A stretch of 64,000 nucleotides of DNA. It comes from a virus. The notes beneath the pieces are model-generated. The model saw only the letters and a program-made list of their open reading frames with translations. It did not search any database and was not told the DNA's origin. Made by a program: the position numbers and the translations under genes. The DNA is taken from IMG/VR virus record IMGVR_UViG_3300022752_003639, positions 64,001-128,000 of that record. One strand, 5' to 3'. This document shows positions 9,797 to 16,431 of the stretch, one piece after another (within the stretch, counting starts at the first letter, position 1; the number at the start of each line of letters is the position of its first letter).

Positions 9797-10176
9797 TGAG
9801 AGCAAAGGAATTTTTGCAGGAAAGATCTGCTAAAACACATGGTAAATTTACAAGTTTATCAGCAGACGCAGATGCGGCACTTCCTGGTGTATGGGTACAA
9901 AGACAATTAAGAAATACTGATCCATATATGCAATATAGATATGCACTTGCTGTGGCAGCAGCAAGGGCAGATAAAAGTGGTGAAATAGAATTTAAACAAG
10001 AAAGTCCATGGGCTGAAAATTTAACCATAGTAGGATATACTCCAGAAGATGCAGATGTTGTTTCCATGGCAGATAAATTAATGGGAGTCAAAGGTACACG
10101 TATTGCTGATGATAAAAGTAAAGAACCTAAAGATACAAACACCGTAAGCCCTATACCAAATTGGAATAAATCATGA
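9796..10176 (+). CDS. Hypothetical internal protein, paralog B (start refined to ATG 9796)
   Basis: TAATG overlap; MRAKEFLQE...TNTVSPIPNW. Confidence 0.6.
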   Translation: MRAKEFLQERSAKTHGKFTSLSADADAALPGVWVQRQLRNTDPYMQYRYALAVAAARADKSGEIEFKQESPWAENLTIVGYTPEDADVVSMADKLMGVKGTRIADDKSKEPKDTNTVSPIPNWNKS

Positions 10177-12974
10177 GCGAATATAAGAAAATAACTACAC
10201 CCACTTTAACTCGTTTCGTTCTAGAAACTATGACCGCAGGTGCCACAGGTTCTGCAAATATTGCCACATCGATGGGCACTATAGGCAAGACTATCAAGCG
10301 TCAACAAGAAGCCAAAGATGACAAGGTGCCTCAAAAGCCACGTCAAGGTCCCCTACGCCCACAGACAGGTGCAGGCGCACACAAAGATAAAAAGCGAGAT
10401 CAAAAACAGGGCAAAGAAAAACATCGCAAGCCTTTCTATGAGCAACATACAGATCATGAAGTGGAAATGGCGCAGAGTGATACATACCAGTTGGCCAAAC
10501 AGGCTGCAGAACTACATAAAATTCTAATGCGTGCCAGTGAAGAGCAGGGTCTAGAAGGTTGGCAACAGGCTAAGATCACAAAGGCAGCAGACTATATCAA
10601 TGCTGTCTACAAAAATCTCAATCACGATGTAGACATGGACGGTCATATTGGTGAGCAAGCTCTATCAGAATTAGAAAAACCCAGCGGAACACTTTATATA
10701 ATATTATTAAGAGACAGAACAGAATCTGTTCGTGTAGTAGGAGACTTTGGGACATTTCCAGCAGAAGTGCAGGCCCGTGCCAGCAAGGTAGGTATTAAGG
10801 ATAAAGAAGGTCGCAAAGAGCGTCCTCTAAAAGTTAATTTTCTAATGACTAGTGCCAGCCAGGCTCTAGCAGAATTAGACAAAGCACTAGCAGATGTAGA
10901 TTTTATCGGCGGAGAAAAGGCCGAGTTCGTATTTAAAAATTCTGCTTTTGAAACAGACATAGAAGATGAGGTGAGGGAACTAAATGATCTAATTCGAAGT
11001 GGTGCGGACGAAAGATTTAAGAACTATGAAGAACCAGAAGTAGGTTCCGAACCAGAGACCAAACCTAAAGGTGTAGATCATTTTGTTGTTGGTCCAGATG
11101 GCAAGCGTCGTCGTGTGCCTATACCAGGAAAGCCAAGTAGTCAAATGGGAGGTCATGCTGTAGAACAACCTAAAACATTTACCTACCAACTTAAGAAAAC
11201 AGAACTAGGTCCTAAACTACGCTCAATGGGCTTTAAGGTAGATGGTAGTCAAATTGTATTGAGCAAACAACAGCGTGATCAATTACTGGCAAAAATGGGT
11301 GATCAACAGTTCGGACAGATATTCGGCCAGGGTGGTAAGTTCACAGAAGGTGGCTATGACGATCAGTTTAGCCTCGGAGGCAGACTAGAAAGAGACGACG
11401 ATTTTCGCAATAGAGAACGCAATGCTGGAGTTGAACATGAAAGAAATAACTACCAGGTAAGCATAAATGGTAGGCCTTGGAAAGTGTTTGCCGATCAAAG
11501 GCAAGCTATGAATATTGCTAGAAGTCTTAAAATGAAAGGCAAAGAAGTAGAAGTTTATCCTACAGGAGCTAGGCCCTCAGAAAGCGTGGGAGAGGCAGTG
11601 AAGAAACCTAATGCTACTACTCGTCATTTAAGAGATTATCCAGTTAGTGATAAGGACGTGGCCAAGCCTGTTAAGAAACCTGAAAAGAAAAAACCAGAGC
11701 AAGGTGTGGCGGAAATGGACAAGAGCCAACCCAGCCACGGTCGTGATGGTAAGATTAGCCACAGCACCTATGGTTCAAGAGATAAAGAAGGTTCTGACTA
11801 TTTCAAAGGTAAGGAAGTTTCTGTTAAGCCTATTACCGTAAAGAAGATGGAAAAAGACGCACTTGATATTCTCAAGAAGCAAGGTGTGGCGGAAGGCTCA
11901 TTGGAAACTGACAATATGGTATCACATATTAGTCAGGTAATACAAAGCATTTATCCACGCGGTGGTGATAAAAATACATATATGAAACTGGTAGCCCGAG
12001 AAATGCCACGTATAGTGAAAGCCAATCCTAAACTATTCAGAAGAGCATTCGGTATGGCATATGATAGATTCTTTCATATAGACCAAGACGACGATCAAGA
12101 TGACGATTTTGATTATACTGATCATAGTATGCGTAAGGGTGAGCGTGGTATGGCGGAAGTCAGAGGCAATATTGATGCTGATCAAGCAGGATTTTATGTT
12201 GTCGACGAGGACGGAAACGCAGTTTCTGGTCCATTTGCTTCTAAACAAGAAGCATACGAACGAGCAGCCGAAATGGGTCGTATGTATGATGTAAAATATA
12301 AAGGTGATATAATACCTTTAGATTCGTTAATTAGTAAAATAATAAAGACACTACCACCAGATGTAACAAGTGATGATCTTCAGGACCCAATGGATCTTGA
12401 GCAACAATTAGAAATACTAAGAAGTCCATTAGTAAAAGTATTTTCTAAATTATCACCTTACGAACAAGCCGAAGTCACAGACGAAGTAGCGAATTATTTT
12501 TATGACAGAAGATTTGGTGATTTAGATGAAGGAAAGATCAAAGGTGTGGACGGTAAAGCCTGCTGGAAAGGCAAGCGTTATGCTGGCAAGGTCAAGAAAG
12601 CAGATGGCACCTACAAAGACAAATGTGTAGAGGATGTAGTAGAAGCACTAGAAGAAGTTAAAAAAGGTCTTTACTACTATGTGAACAAGCGTAAGAAGGC
12701 AGGCACCAGTAGACCAGCCAGCCATCCAGATGCTCCAAGTCCACAAGACTGGAAGAACGCTGCCAAGACTGCTAAGAAAGAAGATACCTATTCAGAAAGT
12801 CTGTTGAATCAACTGGATGCACTGTTAAATGAAAAGGCACCTCCAGGTGACAAGTATGAGCGTATGGTCAAGCATATTAAAAAAGGCTATAGCAAAGACG
12901 GCAAAATTACAGACAAAGAACGCAGCATCGCATATGCTACAGCATGGAAGGCTAAAAACAAGGCAAAAAAGTAA
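10173..12974 (+). CDS. Large modular putative internal head (poly)protein
   Basis: 933 aa of unrelated short charged modules separated by x-x-E junctions (QGVAE twice, RGMAE, KFTE, LDE, LNE). Confidence 0.65.
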   Translation: MSEYKKITTPTLTRFVLETMTAGATGSANIATSMGTIGKTIKRQQEAKDDKVPQKPRQGPLRPQTGAGAHKDKKRDQKQGKEKHRKPFYEQHTDHEVEMAQSDTYQLAKQAAELHKILMRASEEQGLEGWQQAKITKAADYINAVYKNLNHDVDMDGHIGEQALSELEKPSGTLYIILLRDRTESVRVVGDFGTFPAEVQARASKVGIKDKEGRKERPLKVNFLMTSASQALAELDKALADVDFIGGEKAEFVFKNSAFETDIEDEVRELNDLIRSGADERFKNYEEPEVGSEPETKPKGVDHFVVGPDGKRRRVPIPGKPSSQMGGHAVEQPKTFTYQLKKTELGPKLRSMGFKVDGSQIVLSKQQRDQLLAKMGDQQFGQIFGQGGKFTEGGYDDQFSLGGRLERDDDFRNRERNAGVEHERNNYQVSINGRPWKVFADQRQAMNIARSLKMKGKEVEVYPTGARPSESVGEAVKKPNATTRHLRDYPVSDKDVAKPVKKPEKKKPEQGVAEMDKSQPSHGRDGKISHSTYGSRDKEGSDYFKGKEVSVKPITVKKMEKDALDILKKQGVAEGSLETDNMVSHISQVIQSIYPRGGDKNTYMKLVAREMPRIVKANPKLFRRAFGMAYDRFFHIDQDDDQDDDFDYTDHSMRKGERGMAEVRGNIDADQAGFYVVDEDGNAVSGPFASKQEAYERAAEMGRMYDVKYKGDIIPLDSLISKIIKTLPPDVTSDDLQDPMDLEQQLEILRSPLVKVFSKLSPYEQAEVTDEVANYFYDRRFGDLDEGKIKGVDGKACWKGKRYAGKVKKADGTYKDKCVEDVVEALEEVKKGLYYYVNKRKKAGTSRPASHPDAPSPQDWKNAAKTAKKEDTYSESLLNQLDALLNEKAPPGDKYERMVKHIKKGYSKDGKITDKERSIAYATAWKAKNKAKK
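11698..11714 (+). repeat. 17-nt direct repeat copy 1, AGCAAGGTGTGGCGGAA
   Basis: Identical to 11878-11894; encodes QGVAE. Confidence 0.85.
11878..11894 (+). repeat. 17-nt direct repeat copy 2
   Basis: Identical to copy 1, 180 nt downstream. Confidence 0.85.
12142..12158 (+). repeat. Degenerate repeat copy 3, AGCGTGGTATGGCGGAA
   Basis: 14/17 match; encodes RGMAE. Confidence 0.65.
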
Positions 12975-13014
12975 GTGAGCAGGAACCAGAAGATCCGACC
13001 ACGGATCCTGCTCA
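12965..13014 (+). promoter_or_regulatory. Candidate -1 programmed ribosomal frameshift signal
   Basis: In-frame A AAA AAG (12965-12971), TAA, then hairpin TGAGCAG/CTGCTCA plus GATCCG-ACCA-CGGATC (12976-13014). Confidence 0.65.
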
Positions 13015-13204
13015 GAAGATAAAACCAGTCGGGCCACAACCTAAACTAACACCTAACATGCCTCTAGATACATGGGTAGATAGATTTAAGAATGAAAAGA
13101 ATGTGTCCAAATATAAACAGTTTAAAAACAAGAGTCCGGAAAAACGTGAACAAATGGCCTGGGCTGCTTACTATGACGCACATGAACCAAAAAGGAATGC
13201 ATAA
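12971..13204 (+). CDS. 77-aa -1-frame extension of ORF 10173 (VSEQEPED...KSPEKREQMAWAAYYDAHEPKRNA)
   Basis: Open -1 frame with no start codon near its 5' end; fills the gap and ends in TAATG overlapping the next start; absent from the ORF track. Confidence 0.65.
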   Translation, partial: VSEQEPEDPTTDPAQKIKPVGPQPKLTPNMPLDTWVDRFKNEKNVSKYKQFKNKSPEKREQMAWAAYYDAHEPKRNA

Positions 13205-13623
13205 TGAGATCATATATTGCCATAGTTGAAGCGTTGAATAAGGGCTGCCCTGTGGCCACATATAATCTAGATGTTAATCTAAAAAATCGTCAAAAGGCCA
13301 TAGATGAATATCATTATGGTCCTGCTAATCCAGATGATGCCGGCGACTACTGGAAGAAGGCTGCTGCAAGATGGAATATCACAGAAAAAACTGCTAAGAC
13401 TATGAAGTGTGGAAATTGTGCTGCCTTTGATGTGTCTGATAAAATGCGTAAGTGTATGGAAGATGGTATCAAGGGGGACGACAAGGCTGTAGACAGTATG
13501 GCCACAATCGAAAAAGCAGATCTAGGTTATTGTAACTTCTTGCACTTCAAATGTGCCGGAACTAGATCATGCACAGCATGGGTCACAGGCGGGGTAATAG
13601 ATAACAAAGATAGAACTGAGTGA
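13204..13623 (+). CDS. Cys-rich protein with HiPIP-like cysteine pattern
   Basis: CGNCAAF...GYCNFLHFKC...RSCTAW. Confidence 0.5.
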   Translation: MRSYIAIVEALNKGCPVATYNLDVNLKNRQKAIDEYHYGPANPDDAGDYWKKAAARWNITEKTAKTMKCGNCAAFDVSDKMRKCMEDGIKGDDKAVDSMATIEKADLGYCNFLHFKCAGTRSCTAWVTGGVIDNKDRTE

Positions 13624-13633
13624 TTAATGCACT

Positions 13634-14248
13634 ATGTTTACAATTTTAAACACACAGTTTGTAAGATATTTAGAAATAAGTAAACCCATAGATGACAATT
13701 TATTTACAGAAGAAAATGTTCGCTACTTTGACAATGACGGTTTTCAATTAAGTTTATTAGAACAAGAATACTACAAGGCTAATCATGTGCCTGTAGTTAA
13801 TACCCTAAATCGTGCAGGTGATAGGCCATTATGGATGACCTGCAATCATACATCATTTTATCTCGACCATAGTATGACTCCCCAGCGTTGGTGCTATGTA
13901 GCAGAAGCCAAGGAACAATTAACGCATTATATCAAAAAGTTTCCTAGTTTAATAAAATATATAAATCTAAAATCTAAATGGGGATTAGACTTTGCCCTAG
14001 AATACTATGATGACACAGAGGCATTAGAAATTCTACACATAGAATTTGACTTTAGAAATTACTACCAAGCCGTGCTTATGAAACAAGAACTTGAACAAAA
14101 AATATCTAGCACAGACTGGGCAGATTTTAAATCACGATTAATCAACAAAAAATCATATTGGGAAAACCTACAGGGCCTTGATCAGAACGACTGGAAAGCC
14201 AAATTCTGGGGTTTACCAAAGGCCGAAAAAACCTACAAAGTTATTTGA
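13634..14248 (+). CDS. Hypothetical protein
   Basis: 204-aa ORF in the operon. Confidence 0.6.
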   Translation: MFTILNTQFVRYLEISKPIDDNLFTEENVRYFDNDGFQLSLLEQEYYKANHVPVVNTLNRAGDRPLWMTCNHTSFYLDHSMTPQRWCYVAEAKEQLTHYIKKFPSLIKYINLKSKWGLDFALEYYDDTEALEILHIEFDFRNYYQAVLMKQELEQKISSTDWADFKSRLINKKSYWENLQGLDQNDWKAKFWGLPKAEKTYKVI

Positions 14249-14272
14249 CTTTACCTATAAAGACTGTATAAT
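14245..14272 (+). promoter_or_regulatory. Sigma70-type promoter TTGACT-N16-TATAAT
   Basis: Near-consensus boxes upstream of RBS AAGGAG (14281-14286). Confidence 0.65.
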
Positions 14273-14291
14273 TAAAACACAAGGAGATCGT

Positions 14292-14567
14292 ATGAGTAGA
14301 GCATTCGGGGCACCGGAACAAGCAAAAATTAAACAGATTGTAGCAGAGGGGGTTACAGTTATGCAGGAAATTCAAGACCTTACAGAAGGCCTAAATGATA
14401 CAATTAAAGCAGTTGCAGAAGAATTAGAAGTTAAACCTGCAATTATAAAAAAGGCTATTCGTATCGCCATGAAAGATCAATGGGATCAAGTATTCAGAGA
14501 ATTTGATGATCTTGAAACTATTGTAGATATCAGCGGACATGCCAATCGAAGAGAAGACAATGTTTAA
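14292..14567 (+). CDS. T4 DsbA/GapR-like dsDNA-binding protein (start refined to 14292)
   Basis: AAGGAG RBS; helical pattern TIKAVAEELEVKPAIIKKAIRIA...FDDLETI. Confidence 0.55.
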   Translation: MSRAFGAPEQAKIKQIVAEGVTVMQEIQDLTEGLNDTIKAVAEELEVKPAIIKKAIRIAMKDQWDQVFREFDDLETIVDISGHANRREDNV

Positions 14568-14664
14568 TTGGATTAAAAAAATTATTGCCGACTATCGTAG
14601 GCGTAGGCAAATAAAGAAACGTATAGAAGAGCTTAAAAAGCGAGATCCGTTTATCTACAAATGA
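14560..14664 (+). CDS. 34-aa basic peptide MFNWIKKIIADYRRRRQIKKRIEELKKRDPFIYK
   Basis: Fills the gap exactly; TGA overlaps the carbamoyltransferase ATG (ATGA); below the ORF-track cutoff. Confidence 0.6.
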   Translation: MFNWIKKIIADYRRRRQIKKRIEELKKRDPFIYK

Positions 14665-16133
14665 TTATTTGGGGAATAAGTGCTAACAGTCACGATGCTG
14701 CCTTGTCTGTGTGGCATGACAAAACAATACAATTTGCTGCTCATAGTGAACGGTATAGCAAGATTAAAAATGACGGCGATCTACATCCCAAACTTATCGC
14801 AGAAGCAAAACAGTATGGCGAGCCAGATCTTGTTGTCTGGTATGAAAATCCTTTACTAAAAACATTTAGGCAATTTACAGCAGGCCAAGGATGGAACTGG
14901 TCTGAGAACAATATAAGACAATATCTTAAACGCTATGACATACACAGTCATGTACACATAGGTTCACATCATCACAGTCACGCCGCTGCCGGTTTTTATA
15001 CCAGTAAGTTTAATGATGCAACAGTCATCTGTATAGACAGCATCGGTGAATATGAAACGCTGACAATTTGGCGAGGTATAGGTAACAATCTCAATAAGTG
15101 GTATACGCAGGGTTATCCTCACAGCATAGGTCTTTGGTATAGCGCAATGACTCAAAGGATAGGCCTCAAGCCCAATGAAGAAGAATATATCCTAATGGGA
15201 ATGGCAGCATATGGCAACCCAGAAAGATTATATCATGTTATTCTAGAAGATTTTTTTAAGAGCACAAAGGCTCCTGGAATAAAGTTTAAGAATAATTTGC
15301 ATAGAGGCTGCAAATGGTGGCGCCCTGATTTAGTTTCCGAACAGGATATGTTCGATATAGCAGCGGCTACCCAGGCAGTATACGCTGACCTATTACGATC
15401 TATTACACAGTATGCAAGAAAAGTATTACCAAGCAGAAATCTAGTGTTAATGGGCGGATGTGCCTTAAACTGTTCTGCCAATAGTCTAATTACTGCCGAC
15501 TGGGATAATGTATGGATAATGCCTAATCCGGGAGATGCAGGCAGTTCCATAGGTAGTGTATGCAGTTATTTTCAAGAAAAAATCTCATGGCCAGGTCCAT
15601 ATCTAGGCACAGACATGGGAGGTCCTTATCCTGTTGAGGAAACTATCAATGTTCTTAGATCTAGAAAAATTGTGGGTATGGCTAATGGTAGAGCCGAGTT
15701 TGGGCCTCGTGCCCTTGGACATAGAAGTTTACTGGCGGATCCGAGGGGAAATGATATTAAAGATAGTGTGAATGAAATTAAACGCAGACAAAAATTTAGA
15801 CCGTTTGCACCTGCTATATTAGAAGAACATGCGGCCGATTATTTTATCATGCCCCAAAATATATCATCCAGTCCTTACATGCAATTTGTAGCAAAATGTA
15901 GACATCCTGATCTGTTTCCTGCTATAATTCATGCAGATGGTACAAGTAGAGTTCAAACAGTTGGAAAAAATGACAGCCCTGGATTTAGGTCTCTACTAGA
16001 AAAATGGTTTGAAGAAACAGGATGTCCTATGTTACTAAACACTAGCCTTAATATAAAAGGACAACCAATTGTAAATGACGAAATTGATGCGTTAGCATTC
16101 GAAGAAAGGTATAATGTTAAAGTTTTTACGTAG
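14661..16133 (+). CDS. Carbamoyltransferase (NodU/CmcH family)
   Basis: HDAALS, HHHSHAAAGFY, GGCALNC, PGDAGSSIG, EFGPRALGHRS, KRRQKFRPFAP, LLNTSLN. Confidence 0.92.
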   Translation: MIIWGISANSHDAALSVWHDKTIQFAAHSERYSKIKNDGDLHPKLIAEAKQYGEPDLVVWYENPLLKTFRQFTAGQGWNWSENNIRQYLKRYDIHSHVHIGSHHHSHAAAGFYTSKFNDATVICIDSIGEYETLTIWRGIGNNLNKWYTQGYPHSIGLWYSAMTQRIGLKPNEEEYILMGMAAYGNPERLYHVILEDFFKSTKAPGIKFKNNLHRGCKWWRPDLVSEQDMFDIAAATQAVYADLLRSITQYARKVLPSRNLVLMGGCALNCSANSLITADWDNVWIMPNPGDAGSSIGSVCSYFQEKISWPGPYLGTDMGGPYPVEETINVLRSRKIVGMANGRAEFGPRALGHRSLLADPRGNDIKDSVNEIKRRQKFRPFAPAILEEHAADYFIMPQNISSSPYMQFVAKCRHPDLFPAIIHADGTSRVQTVGKNDSPGFRSLLEKWFEETGCPMLLNTSLNIKGQPIVNDEIDALAFEERYNVKVFT

Positions 16134-16356
16134 TTTAACATGGCTGTTCTGGTTTGAGTGGTCTTGCACTATAATTTTATTGGCAGGAGTTATTTTAACT
16201 AGTTTTAATATATATCCTACAAATATATGGTTTTTATTAATAGGAAACCTTGGCTGGATCGCCCTAGGATATATATGGCGTAAATGGAGTTTAATTATTT
16301 TACAAGTTATAATAACACTAATCTATATTGCCGGATTAGTAAAGACTTTACTATAA
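16114..16356 (+). CDS. Small multi-pass membrane protein
   Basis: About three hydrophobic segments in 80 aa. Confidence 0.6.
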   Translation: MLKFLRSLTWLFWFEWSCTIILLAGVILTSFNIYPTNIWFLLIGNLGWIALGYIWRKWSLIILQVIITLIYIAGLVKTLL

Positions 16357-16359
16357 ATA
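16352..16359 (+). promoter_or_regulatory. T4 late promoter consensus TATAAATA
   Basis: Exact octamer upstream of the polymerase leader. Confidence 0.6.
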
Positions 16360-16431
16360 AATTTGAGTAAGGTTCGCGAGCCATAAATCGCATAAGTGGT
16401 TGTCCAGCCTTAAGTGGAACAAGGAGAAATT

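Noticed and set aside
12945-12951. TGGAAGG as an upstream SD-like frameshift stimulator
   Set aside because: Weak match, 13 nt from the slippery site; could be chance within W-K codons
12975-13022. GTG-started ORF right after the 933-aa stop
   Set aside because: Only 15 codons; does not explain the gap
13064-13261. 65-aa minus-strand ORF in the track
   Set aside because: Antisense shadow of the + strand -1-frame extension, which fits the operon coupling better
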